Positions 39,136 through 48,714 of a stretch of DNA of 64,000 nucleotides are shown here, piece after piece; the first letter of the stretch is position 1; each line of letters opens with the position of its first letter. Below the pieces are notes generated by a model. That model had not been told where the DNA came from, ran no database searches, and saw only the letters and a list, made by a program, of their open reading frames with translations. Source of the stretch: an uncultured Candidatus Saccharibacteria bacterium (GTDB taxonomy: Bacteria > Patescibacteriota > Minisyncoccia > Phycocordibacterales > DATGWK01); contig CAYHIR010000004.1 in NCBI GenBank assembly GCA_964356815.1, positions 842 to 64,841 on the forward strand, in the 5' to 3' direction. A program made the translations under genes and the position numbers.

Positions 39136-40296
39136 ATGAATAATACAAACAATACGAAAAAGATTCTGATTGGCGTCGTGGTGCTTGTTTTGATTATCGG
39201 TTTTGTTGCCTATTTTTCTGCCACACTCTCTGATTCACCGGAAAAAGTGGCAAAAGAGCTGAACATTGGCCTGATTTCCATTCTCAGCGGCGATTATGCG
39301 GCTTCTGGAGAAAACATAAAGAACGGAGTCGTCCTTGCTTCTGAGCAATACAATAAAATTCACCCAGAGAGCCCCATTCACCTTTTTATTGAAGACGATG
39401 GATTTAGTAGCCGCAAAGGTGTGAGTGCGTATCAAAAACTCACCTCTCTCAATCATATTGATGGACTCATTAATGTCTCTACACCGACAATCGATTCTAT
39501 TTATGAGTCCGTAGTAAAAGATGGTATGCCAGTTATCCAAGGTGGTGAGCAAGGCAGTAAGCCGCTTGCCGACAATGTATTTGGTATTTTTCCAGACAAT
39601 GTTGATTCTGAATATGATTACGGCGTTTATCTTAGAGAAAAAGGTGTCAAAGAAATGGTGGTGGTTTATACGAGAAATGATGCGATGATTCGGTTTGTCG
39701 AAGCGTTTAAGGCTGGTTTTCAGGGGAAAACGACGGATTTTGTAATAGACGGAGCAGAGAAAGATTTTAAAACACATGCGCTTAAAGTTTTTGCCGCTCA
39801 CCCATCAACTGTCGGCTTATTTATTTTTCCACAGCAAGGTGCATTGTTTATAGAAGAATATCTTGCGCTTGAAAAAAATAATTCGCAAAGCTCGGGTCAA
39901 AACTCAGGGCAAAGTGCGCCGCAAAATAAAGCGCAATTATTTTTTGACGCCAATTTCCAATCCGGTTTTGTAGACTACAAACGTATTCTCGGCGACACGA
40001 AAATTCTAGATGGTGCAATTGTCGGCACGATTGATCTGGCTTCCAGTGAAGAATTTAAAAAGCTCTACACAGAGCGCTTCGGCACAGAGCCACCTTTTCT
40101 CGCAGATATTGGCTACGACATGTTTAATGTTCTTGTCGAAACTCACTCTCCAGACAAAAAGGAGTGGGTTGAAAATATTCAAAATCTACACACAGCTGGT
40201 GCGAGCGGCGATATCGAATTTGGTCTGACCGGCAATCGCAAGCCAAAAACCAAAATGATGACTGTGAGAGGTGGGGAGATTGTCGATCCGCTTTAG
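39136..40296 (+). CDS. Liv-type substrate-binding protein 5
   Basis: NIGLISILSG, EDDG, GASGDIEF. Confidence 0.82.
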   Translation: MNNTNNTKKILIGVVVLVLIIGFVAYFSATLSDSPEKVAKELNIGLISILSGDYAASGENIKNGVVLASEQYNKIHPESPIHLFIEDDGFSSRKGVSAYQKLTSLNHIDGLINVSTPTIDSIYESVVKDGMPVIQGGEQGSKPLADNVFGIFPDNVDSEYDYGVYLREKGVKEMVVVYTRNDAMIRFVEAFKAGFQGKTTDFVIDGAEKDFKTHALKVFAAHPSTVGLFIFPQQGALFIEEYLALEKNNSQSSGQNSGQSAPQNKAQLFFDANFQSGFVDYKRILGDTKILDGAIVGTIDLASSEEFKKLYTERFGTEPPFLADIGYDMFNVLVETHSPDKKEWVENIQNLHTAGASGDIEFGLTGNRKPKTKMMTVRGGEIVDPL

Positions 40297-40341
40297 TCAA
40301 AATTAAAAGAAAGTTTATCCTCTTTATGCATTATTCTACTA

Positions 40342-40809
40342 ATGCAAAAGGATTTTGATACTTGGAACAAGGAGAAAAAGATGGTCGATCAAAAAACGGT
40401 TAATCGAGATCTATTTTTTCATGCACGAGAAATTTGGTGGTGTAGCGCCGGACTTAATGTTGGTGTTGAGGTAGATGGTAAAAATGAAAACTTCGAGAGA
40501 CCAATGCTTATTATCAAAAAATTTAATGCCGATATGCTTTGGGTGTTGCCACTCACAACAAAAGAAAAACAAAATAAGTATTTTTATGAGTTAAAACACG
40601 AGTTTATAAAGTCTCGGGTCTTGTTGTCTCAAATTAAAACTATCAGTACTAAAAGACTGTTGCGCAAATTTGGAACTGTAACGGAGTCAGATTTTAAACA
40701 GATTATTTCTACGATCCGAGATATCCTGATAAACGAAAACCCCCTTTCGGGGGCCTTCGCGGAGGCCGAAGCCACTAATGCACAAAGTATAGACGAAAAT
40801 AAAAAATAA
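40342..40809 (+). CDS. PemK/MazF-family endoribonuclease toxin with no adjacent protein antitoxin
   Basis: REIWWC..G.NVG.E.DGK...FERP.LIIKKF, LPLTT, LSQIKTISTKRL. Confidence 0.85.
   Translation: MQKDFDTWNKEKKMVDQKTVNRDLFFHAREIWWCSAGLNVGVEVDGKNENFERPMLIIKKFNADMLWVLPLTTKEKQNKYFYELKHEFIKSRVLLSQIKTISTKRLLRKFGTVTESDFKQIISTIRDILINENPLSGAFAEAEATNAQSIDENKK
40731..40781 (-). ncRNA. Putative antisense small RNA within the 3' end of pemK
   Basis: Minus-strand promoter TTGACT-N17-TATACT (40814-40786); GGC-UUCG-GCC hairpin; terminator CGAAGGCCCCC-GAAA-GGGGGUUUUCG-UUU. Confidence 0.65.
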
Positions 40810-40886
40810 GTCAAGTCTTCGGTCTCAAACTTGCCTTTTGGGCGTTAATTGATAACCTTTAACTGTATTATTAACAACAGACTTTA

Positions 40887-42074
40887 ATGAATAAAACTCT
40901 AAAAATAGTAATCGGATTGGTAATTCTTGTTGTAATTGTCTGGGCGGTCTCATATTTTAAAGATAAAAATTCTTCTAATACGGGTGCAGATTCTGGTGGT
41001 GTTATAAAGATCGGTATAATTGCTCCTCTTACTGGCACAGCTTCTTCTTACGGCGTGGAAGGCAAAAATTCAGTCGTACTAGCATTTGATGAAATCAATG
41101 CATCTGGAGGTATTGCTGGGAAGAAAATTGAATACACTGTAGAAGACGGTAAATGTGATGCAAAAGCGTCTATTGATGCTTGGACCAAATTGGTTAGCGT
41201 AAATAAAGTCAGTATGGTTTTTGGCGGGCATTGTAGCACTGAAACCATGGCCATTGCCCCTCTTTCGGCGCGAGACAATGTTCCAGTGTTTGCTGTCTTT
41301 ACTACTACCCCAGTTATTCCAAATGAAGGTGAATGGCTTTTCCGACATGTTTCTACAAATGAGTACTACGGAACAATCCTAGCTGGGCAAGCTTTCAAAA
41401 GTGGCCACAAAAAGGCGGCGGTTTTAACGGAAGTTAAGGATTTCCCGGTAACTTATTCAGACGCTTTCATCAAGGCTTACAAGGCTTTAGGTGGCGAAAT
41501 CGTTCTTGATGAGCGCTTTGACCCACAAACAAAAGACTATCGAACAATTGCTCTTAAACTTAAAGGACTCAACTACGATACGTTGTTTATAAACACACAA
41601 GGTGCGGATGTTGCGGGTCTAATTACAAATCAAATTAAAGAGCTGGGTCTCGGTAAGGCGTATCTATACAATCACGCTTTTGCACCAGCAAAATTCTTGG
41701 AAATAACTAAAGGTTATATGCCCGCTGACTATATAATCGTCAGTCCGTTTACTGACCCTAATACGCCAAAGGTGAAGGCATTTAATTCGGCTTACACAGA
41801 AAAATTCGGAGACATTTATAAATTCTCGACGTTCTTCGTCACTGCTGATTATGATTTAGTCCACCGTGTTAAAGACGCGGCCGATGCGTGCCAAGCTTCT
41901 GTTGGTTACAGCATCGATTGTGTTCGCGATCAGTTTAAAGCTGCCACATCTTACGCTGGTGTTGCCGGTAATGTGACTGTTAGTTCCCAATACTCTCCAA
42001 AAGGTGTTTTGACCCCTGTCGGTCTTCTAAAGGTTGGTGTTGGTGGTGCGACTACTATAGAGCCGGTGAAATAG
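40887..42074 (+). CDS. Liv-type substrate-binding protein 6
   Basis: KIGIIAPLTG, EDGKCD, GGHCS. Confidence 0.88.
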   Translation: MNKTLKIVIGLVILVVIVWAVSYFKDKNSSNTGADSGGVIKIGIIAPLTGTASSYGVEGKNSVVLAFDEINASGGIAGKKIEYTVEDGKCDAKASIDAWTKLVSVNKVSMVFGGHCSTETMAIAPLSARDNVPVFAVFTTTPVIPNEGEWLFRHVSTNEYYGTILAGQAFKSGHKKAAVLTEVKDFPVTYSDAFIKAYKALGGEIVLDERFDPQTKDYRTIALKLKGLNYDTLFINTQGADVAGLITNQIKELGLGKAYLYNHAFAPAKFLEITKGYMPADYIIVSPFTDPNTPKVKAFNSAYTEKFGDIYKFSTFFVTADYDLVHRVKDAADACQASVGYSIDCVRDQFKAATSYAGVAGNVTVSSQYSPKGVLTPVGLLKVGVGGATTIEPVK

Positions 42075-42101
42075 TGCAATTAATATTTTTCTGCTCGATT
42101 T

Positions 42102-43118
42102 ATGAACAACACCACAAAAACCGTCATCGGAATTGTCGTCCTGGCGCTGATCGTTTGGGGAATTGCCGCTCTCACTAAGTCAAAAAATGATGCAGAAAAT
42201 TCAACAGAAGGGCAAAAAATAAAGGTTGGCCTTATTGCTCCCCTTTCTGGACCCGTTGCTGATTACGGAGAAGAAATAAGAAAGGGTGCAGTTGCTGGTG
42301 CTGTTGAGGGAGTTGAGCTTGTCATCGAAGATGAAAAATGTGATCCAAAAGAGGCCGTTTCGGCTTTTCAGAAGCTGACCGATTTCCAAGATATTCATTT
42401 CATTTTAGGTCCAGAGTGTGGTTCGCCACAGGAAGCAATCGTACCCCTGCTTAAAGGCAAAGAAATTATTTCTATGGTTTCGGCCGCCGCATCTTCGGAT
42501 TTGTTTGCGCAAAGTGGCGGCAATTTTTTCAACGTCCAATATTCCCTTCAAGACGAATCAAAATACGTTGCTGAGAAAATGTATGAATTAGGATATCGAA
42601 ATGTTGCGTTGGTAAGCTACGGCAATGCTTTTTCGCAGGCTCACACTGATAGTTTTAGAAAATCGTTCAAAGGAAAAATTATCTTCGATACTACAATAAT
42701 CGATCCAGCGAGCGATGTTTCGACAGAAGTTGCCAAGATAAAAGCGGCTAAAGTTGACGCTATTTATTCTCCAGACATTTCCTTTTTCTTCGCGAGTGGA
42801 GCCGCAAAGCTAGAGCAATATAAGGTCACTGCCCCTGTATTTTCTACTTACGTTGCTGAGCTTCCGGCGGTTCGCACGCTTGTCCCAAATGTCTATTACT
42901 CATTTCCAGGTGACATAACTGGCGATCAGGGCGCTGTCTACGAGCTTTCCAAACAAGCTTCTGCCATACTCACTGGCGCAGTGGTAGATTGTGACGGCGA
43001 ATATCAGTGTGTTAAAAATAAGCTCGTCTCGTCTGGTTTATTTAACGAAAATGGAGTCTACAAACGCTCTATTGTGTTGAAGCAGATAAAAGGTGGGGTG
43101 CCGGTTGATGTAAAATAA
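42102..43118 (+). CDS. Liv-type substrate-binding protein 7 (compact, 338 aa)
   Basis: KVGLIAPLSG, EDEKCD, GPECGS. Confidence 0.85.
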   Translation: MNNTTKTVIGIVVLALIVWGIAALTKSKNDAENSTEGQKIKVGLIAPLSGPVADYGEEIRKGAVAGAVEGVELVIEDEKCDPKEAVSAFQKLTDFQDIHFILGPECGSPQEAIVPLLKGKEIISMVSAAASSDLFAQSGGNFFNVQYSLQDESKYVAEKMYELGYRNVALVSYGNAFSQAHTDSFRKSFKGKIIFDTTIIDPASDVSTEVAKIKAAKVDAIYSPDISFFFASGAAKLEQYKVTAPVFSTYVAELPAVRTLVPNVYYSFPGDITGDQGAVYELSKQASAILTGAVVDCDGEYQCVKNKLVSSGLFNENGVYKRSIVLKQIKGGVPVDVK

Positions 43119-43122
43119 TGAA

Positions 43123-44229
43123 ATGAAGAAAACTTTTTGGGTTGTAGCACTACTTATCATTCTGGGCGCTATTTGGTTTGCAACAAAAAACGGTACTAAT
43201 GATGTTACTCAAACATCAATAAAAATTGGTGGTAATTATGCTCTTAGTGGTTTTGGCGCTGGTTGGGCCGAAAATCAATTAAAGGGCGCAATGCTTGCTG
43301 TGAAAGAGATCAATATGGCTGGCGGGGTATTGGATAAACAACTCGAGTTTATTGCTGAAGACAACCACAGTGAGGCAAAAGGTTCCGTTTCTGCCGCCAA
43401 TAAGCTCATATCTGTAGACAAGGTAAAATTCATGCTCACGGGCTGGAGTGATCAGACCGAGCCAGTGATTCCTATTATCGATCAAAACAAGATTGTAACT
43501 ATTACGACTTCAGCGGGTGCTAGTGATTTAGCAAAAAAAAGTGAATACCTATTTGCAACATGGCCTGTTGATAGAATTGCTGTTAAATCGCTTGCGGATT
43601 ATTCTTCAATGAAAGGATTTGGACGTGTTGCTATTGCCAACAGTATTGGACCTTGGGAAAATTCTCTAGCGGAGTCGTTTAAAGAATTTGCTGGAAAAAA
43701 AGGGTTCCAGGTACTTCTCCATGTTTCTTTTCAGTTAGATACTGTAGATTTTAAAACTCAAATAGCCCAATTGAAAGAACAGAAAATCGACGCTGTTTTT
43801 ATTCCGATGACCGATGCCACTGTGGATAGATTTCTAAAACAAGCTGGCGAACTTGGTCTAAATGCTACGATGCTATACCCGGTTGATGCTATATCCGTTG
43901 GTATAGATGAGCAACCTGCCGCTTATATAAAAAATCTAGTATACGCTATCTACGCACCCTCAAAAGAAAAATTTGTTATGGCATTTAGAAAGGAATACGG
44001 AATAGATCCGGGTGCTTCAGCTGATACAGCCTACGACGCTGTTTATATGATTGCTCAGGCCATTGAAAAAGCTGGCACTACCGAGACTGACAAGGTTATA
44101 AATTCTTTCACTCCGTTTGACGGTGCTTCAGGGAAAACTGTTTTCGATCAATACGGAGACAGATCAGATGCAGAGGTCATTCTCATGGGTTTTGATGGTG
44201 TGACTAGAGTACCGCAAAAGATTAGATAG
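43123..44229 (+). CDS. Liv-type substrate-binding protein 8
   Basis: KIGGNYALSG, EINMAGGV, AYDAV, GASGKTVFD. Confidence 0.88.
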   Translation: MKKTFWVVALLIILGAIWFATKNGTNDVTQTSIKIGGNYALSGFGAGWAENQLKGAMLAVKEINMAGGVLDKQLEFIAEDNHSEAKGSVSAANKLISVDKVKFMLTGWSDQTEPVIPIIDQNKIVTITTSAGASDLAKKSEYLFATWPVDRIAVKSLADYSSMKGFGRVAIANSIGPWENSLAESFKEFAGKKGFQVLLHVSFQLDTVDFKTQIAQLKEQKIDAVFIPMTDATVDRFLKQAGELGLNATMLYPVDAISVGIDEQPAAYIKNLVYAIYAPSKEKFVMAFRKEYGIDPGASADTAYDAVYMIAQAIEKAGTTETDKVINSFTPFDGASGKTVFDQYGDRSDAEVILMGFDGVTRVPQKIR

Positions 44230-44255
44230 GAGAATATAACATCTCAAAAAACTCG

Positions 44256-44993
44256 ATGCTAACCAAAGAAACCCTCCTCAAAACCCACAATCTTCACGTC
44301 CACTACGGTGGTGTACGAGCACTCGATGGTGCTTCAGTGGAAATAGATGAGGGTGAGATTGTGGCACTTATGGGGCCAAATGGTGCGGGCAAATCTACTG
44401 TTTTGAAGGCGATTTTTGGTATTGCGCCGGTTGCTTCGGGCGAGATTTTTTGGCATGGCAAGCCGATCAAGCCGGTGCCTCACGAGGTGGTCTCGCTAGG
44501 CATTTCTTTTGTGCCCCAAGGTCGCCGGGTTTTTAAGCATCTGACCGTCTACGAAAACATCGAAATCGGTGGCTGGGCGGTGCCGGAGCGACATGTGGTG
44601 AAAGAGCGGATTGCCGAAGTCCTCGACCTCTTCCCCGCTCTCAAGGCCAAGCTCAGCGCCAAGTCGGGCACTCTCTCTGGTGGCCAACAGCAAATGGTGG
44701 CTCTCGCCCGCGGCCTCATGACCGATCCCAAAGTTCTTCTTCTCGACGAGCCATCTCTCGGCCTCGCTCCAAAAATCGTCAAAGAAGTTTTCGAAAAAAT
44801 TCGAGAAATAAATGAACGACGCAAAACCGCAATTGTTGTCGTTGAGCACAATATTAAATCTCTTCTCGAATTCACCGACCGCGCTTATGTTTTAGACAAA
44901 GGAAAGGTTGTCGCTGTGGCTCCTGGTAAAGATTTTCTAACCAACGACACACTCGAAAAAGTTTTTATGGGGCGATTTGTGGGACAGGTTTAG
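44256..44993 (+). CDS. livF: Branched-chain amino acid ABC ATPase
   Basis: GPNGAGKS, VPQGRRVF, LSGGQQQM, DEPSLGLAP. Confidence 0.92.
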   Translation: MLTKETLLKTHNLHVHYGGVRALDGASVEIDEGEIVALMGPNGAGKSTVLKAIFGIAPVASGEIFWHGKPIKPVPHEVVSLGISFVPQGRRVFKHLTVYENIEIGGWAVPERHVVKERIAEVLDLFPALKAKLSAKSGTLSGGQQQMVALARGLMTDPKVLLLDEPSLGLAPKIVKEVFEKIREINERRKTAIVVVEHNIKSLLEFTDRAYVLDKGKVVAVAPGKDFLTNDTLEKVFMGRFVGQV

Positions 44994-45064
44994 AGGTGGC
45001 TGTATGGTTTTATGGGTATTACCGGTCTTAGTGTTTGGTTATAACGTTTGTAGTAAAGCTTCAT
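44990..45064 (-). pseudogene. 24-codon remnant resembling the N-terminus of the retropepsin-like protease usually paired with DUF5678
   Basis: ATGA-coupled to the upstream ORF; MKLYYKRYNQTLRPVIPIKPYSHL; stops before any catalytic D[ST]GA motif. Confidence 0.4.
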
Positions 45065-45255
45065 AGAGCTCCAACATAGGAAGCTATTTTTTTCGGCATG
45101 TGAGTGAGAAGTGGTGTGTCAGAACTTTTTTTTCTTGCTTGCAACACAGCTTCGCGCACAGTTTTGCCTGCGCCAAGTACGGTTTGTTCGTCTTTGGCTA
45201 GGGCTACCCATAGACCTTTGTATTTTTTGTGTATTTTTGTCCAATTTATGCTCAT
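45061..45255 (-). CDS. DUF5678-like small protein
   Basis: KKYKGLWVAL..D...VLGAG.T..EA pattern. Confidence 0.65.
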   Translation of the reverse strand: MSINWTKIHKKYKGLWVALAKDEQTVLGAGKTVREAVLQARKKSSDTPLLTHMPKKIASYVGAL

Positions 45256-45325
45256 ATTGTCGCTATCATAGCATCCTTTTTATATTTTAATAATCGACCT
45301 TTGTTTTCGTCATTTTTCTTTCTTT

Positions 45326-46942
45326 TCACCCATCATCTTCCTCACCGCGAAACTGTAATGCCTCCAGAACATGCCGCTCTTTTATAAATTTCTCGTCGTC
45401 TAAATCAGCAATCGTGCGAGCCACGCGCCAAGTGCGATGAAAAGCGCGCATTGAAAGGCCGAGCTTGTCACCAAACTCAATTAGTTTTTCTTCGGCCACT
45501 TTTTCTATTGGTGCGAGCTTGGCCAAATCGCGGCCGGCGATGTAGGCGTTTATTTTTGATTGCCGGGCGAGCTGACGACCTCGAGCCGCAGCAATTCTTT
45601 CGCGTGCTTTCTGGGTTTCTGTTTTTGTGTCAGTATTTGTATTGACTTTTATTTTTCTAAAATCAATTTCTCCAACTTCAATGCGCAAATCTATGCGATC
45701 GAGAATCGGCCCAGAAATTTTTTTGGTATAACGCGATTTATCTTTTAATGTGCAGATACAATTTTTGTTTTCACTTTTTGCATAACCACACGGGCAAGGG
45801 TTCATTGCGGCGACAAGCATGAAGTATGCCGGAAAAACCACACTGCCTTTTATCCTCGAAATAGAAACTCGGTGCTCTTCAAGAGGCTCGCGCAAGGCTT
45901 CAATCACGCGTCTGTCAAACTCGGGAAATTCGTCAAGAAAAAGTATGCCGTGATGAGCGAGCGTCATTTCGCCAGGCTTTGGATGTGTGCCACCGCCAGC
46001 GATGGCAATGTATGAAGATGTATGATGTGGCGAACGAAATGGTCGGATGGTGAAAATCGGCGAGCGGTTTTGTCCGGTAAAATTTTCAGCATGCAAAAAG
46101 GCACCGGCCACAGAATGAATCGCTGTGACCTCTAAAGATTCTTCAAAAGAAAGTGGGGGTAGAATTGTTTTTAGTGTTTTGGCGAGCATCGTTTTGCCGG
46201 CCCCTGGCGGCCCAACAAATAAAATATTGTGACCTCCAGCCGCCGCAATTTCGAGCGCCCGCTTTGCACTCTCCTGCCCTTTTATTTCCTCCAAATATAT
46301 TTCGTCGCCCGAGTTTGTCGAGTCTGAATCCGTCGCTTCCAAAAGCGCGAGCGACTCTGCCGAAAGCGACGCTTCTTCTACAAGCCGCGCGCTATGTACT
46401 GGCCCACTTTTTTCGCGTGAAAATTCTTCATCTACATGCCCAATCACTTCCGCCAAGCTTTGTGCACCGAAAATTTTTACATCTTGAATAAGCGCCGCTT
46501 CGCGGGCGTTTTCTTTCGGCAGAAAAATTTCTCGGAAGCCCAGCCGCTTTGCTTCGGCGACGATTGCCAGCGCGCCACTTATTGGCCGCAAGCGGCCGTC
46601 GAGCGAAAGTTCGCCGAGAAAAAGTTTTTCACGCGCTGTGAAACGAATTTCTCCTGCCGCCAAAAGATAGCCAATAGCCATAGCCAAATCGAAAGCCGGT
46701 CCAGCTTTGCGAACATCAGCCGGGGCTAGTGAGATGACTACTTTTTGATTTTTATACTTCGGCGACCGAAACCCAGAATTTTTTATGGCTGCCGATATTC
46801 TGTCGCGAGCTTCCTCTATGGCTTTGTCTCCCAAACCAACAACCGAAAAAGCGTGTAGACCCCTTGAGAGATCTATTTCAATGTCGATTATTTGGCCAGC
46901 AAGAAAACGCGTTTGCCCGCTATGAACTTTGGCAAATCCCAT
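45326..46942 (-). CDS. comM: YifB/ComM Mg-chelatase-like AAA+ ATPase
   Basis: GPPGAGKTMLA, RPFRSPHH, LFLDEFPEF, AAMNPCPCG, SGPILDRID, VARTIADL. Confidence 0.93.
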   Translation of the reverse strand: MGFAKVHSGQTRFLAGQIIDIEIDLSRGLHAFSVVGLGDKAIEEARDRISAAIKNSGFRSPKYKNQKVVISLAPADVRKAGPAFDLAMAIGYLLAAGEIRFTAREKLFLGELSLDGRLRPISGALAIVAEAKRLGFREIFLPKENAREAALIQDVKIFGAQSLAEVIGHVDEEFSREKSGPVHSARLVEEASLSAESLALLEATDSDSTNSGDEIYLEEIKGQESAKRALEIAAAGGHNILFVGPPGAGKTMLAKTLKTILPPLSFEESLEVTAIHSVAGAFLHAENFTGQNRSPIFTIRPFRSPHHTSSYIAIAGGGTHPKPGEMTLAHHGILFLDEFPEFDRRVIEALREPLEEHRVSISRIKGSVVFPAYFMLVAAMNPCPCGYAKSENKNCICTLKDKSRYTKKISGPILDRIDLRIEVGEIDFRKIKVNTNTDTKTETQKARERIAAARGRQLARQSKINAYIAGRDLAKLAPIEKVAEEKLIEFGDKLGLSMRAFHRTWRVARTIADLDDEKFIKERHVLEALQFRGEEDDG

Positions 46943-47035
46943 ATTTATGAGTTCTGTGAAACACGGCTAATCTAATGCCGTATTGATGTAGCTAAACACA
47001 AGATAGATAAAGAAACCTTTAAGAAATGTTAAAGG

Positions 47036-47389
47036 TTACTCCATATGTTTCACACAGGTAGTGGCTGCTGGGTTGGCTTCGAGTCGCGCTTCTTCTATTT
47101 GTTCCCCTCCTGTCGTGCAGATACCGAACGAACCGTCTTCAATCCTTTTTAGAGCGTGTTTTATTTCGTTATATCTAATTTCTAGTTGTTTTAAAATGCC
47201 AGTGTTTGTTTCGTAGCCGTCTATCTTATCGGCCACTTCATCTTCGTCTAGTTTCCAAATGTCGTTGTCTGGCACGGCCTCCCAATCCGCAGGATTTTCG
47301 GGATTTTTTCGGCCCACAGTCATGAGCTCGCTTTCAACGAGCTTCAGCTCCTCAGTCAATTTTTCTTTGTATCGTTCTGTATTTTGCAC
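47036..47389 (-). CDS. TraR/DksA-family protein
   Basis: DEVAD coiled-coil tip; ALKRIEDGSFGIC...I...RLEANP.A..C. Confidence 0.85.
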   Translation of the reverse strand: MQNTERYKEKLTEELKLVESELMTVGRKNPENPADWEAVPDNDIWKLDEDEVADKIDGYETNTGILKQLEIRYNEIKHALKRIEDGSFGICTTGGEQIEEARLEANPAATTCVKHME

Positions 47390-47452
47390 GAGACTATTAT
47401 ACCAAATGTCTACTAAGTCACGCCAGTCTAGCCAAGGTTTGCGCGCCGTGGC

Positions 47453-48661
47453 TTAGCGCACCAGCCCTCTTGAGAGATATCGAGCGACGATTTCGCGGAA
47501 AGTTTCTTCGTGGGTGGCGATCACGAGGTGACCCGTGTCGATAAAAGAATAAAGGATTAAAATTTTGCCATTCGAATCTCGGAGTACGCGAGTGTCGCGA
47601 CTTTTTACGATCAGGTCTTCAAATTTGTCGCGAGGTACAGCGTTTGAAAATACGATTGCACCCGGTGAAGTTGTTTTAAAAATTTTGCCGATGTCGCCAA
47701 GAATTTTTGGTTCCCATGCAAGCATCGCACTGTACGCGCTGTCGAAAGTTTCGAGTTCAAAAATAACAAAAGGCTCATTTATAAAAGGATCAACTTTCGG
47801 CAAACTATAAAAACCGAGCAACCAATTTTCGCCAAGTGCGCGACCCAAAGCCGAAGGCGCACTTTTTGCTAGTGCTCCAAAAAATTCTTCTGGCGTTATC
47901 GGCTCAGCCTCGGCGAAAGTGTTTATCAGTCTTTCTTTTTTTAAATCGATCTGTGTGAGCGTGCCGTTGCCACCATTTTCTTGTGTGGCTTTTTGAACCA
48001 ATTCTTCCACAATTTCTTTAGATAAAGATGTGAGCACAACTTCTTTCGAATCATCAATAGAAATTATGGTTTGCATCTCTACCTTCGATGGTGCCACTTG
48101 TCGATTTTTAAAATAAAATGTCACAGCTAATGTGCCAAGTGCAGCGGCGATAAGAATGCCGCTCATTATAAAAAGCAAACTCCCTCTCGCTACTTTTTCA
48201 CTCGCACTTTGTTCGGCGGAGAAACCACCGCCTGCACCACCGCTTCGATTTTGTTCGAGCCGCCGTTTCTGCTCGGCAAGATTTATACTCATCGTCGTTT
48301 CGCCGGCGCGGATTGAGTCTGCCACATCGCGCTCGTATGTGCGAAGAGATTGGATTATTGAATTTGTGTTTTCTTTCGGAACCTCTTCCGCCAATGTTTC
48401 TTCTTGTGTAGTTTCCTCCGCTACTGTCGGTACGGTCGCCACCGTTTCCACTTTCGGTGTAAATTCTTCTGGTTCAGGTTTTGGAACTTCGCTAGTTTGA
48501 TTTTCAGAGGTGTCTATATCGCCCGCCACTTGCGGCATAATCTCTATTCCCACATTTGCCAAAGCGCCTTTGAATTCTTGCTCGCCCCCTTTCTGAAGCG
48601 CGCTACTTATTTTAGAAATTTTGTCGTCTTCAAGTGAAAGACCGTTTTGGTCGTCATTCAT
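47453..48661 (-). CDS. Hypothetical single-pass membrane protein
   Basis: Acidic N-terminus, LRTYERDV, central TM helix. Confidence 0.6.
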   Translation of the reverse strand: MNDDQNGLSLEDDKISKISSALQKGGEQEFKGALANVGIEIMPQVAGDIDTSENQTSEVPKPEPEEFTPKVETVATVPTVAEETTQEETLAEEVPKENTNSIIQSLRTYERDVADSIRAGETTMSINLAEQKRRLEQNRSGGAGGGFSAEQSASEKVARGSLLFIMSGILIAAALGTLAVTFYFKNRQVAPSKVEMQTIISIDDSKEVVLTSLSKEIVEELVQKATQENGGNGTLTQIDLKKERLINTFAEAEPITPEEFFGALAKSAPSALGRALGENWLLGFYSLPKVDPFINEPFVIFELETFDSAYSAMLAWEPKILGDIGKIFKTTSPGAIVFSNAVPRDKFEDLIVKSRDTRVLRDSNGKILILYSFIDTGHLVIATHEETFREIVARYLSRGLVR

Positions 48662-48714
48662 GAAATTATTATATCACCGCCGCAGATAATTTTCGGCGCA
48701 CTATCGGCGCGAAT

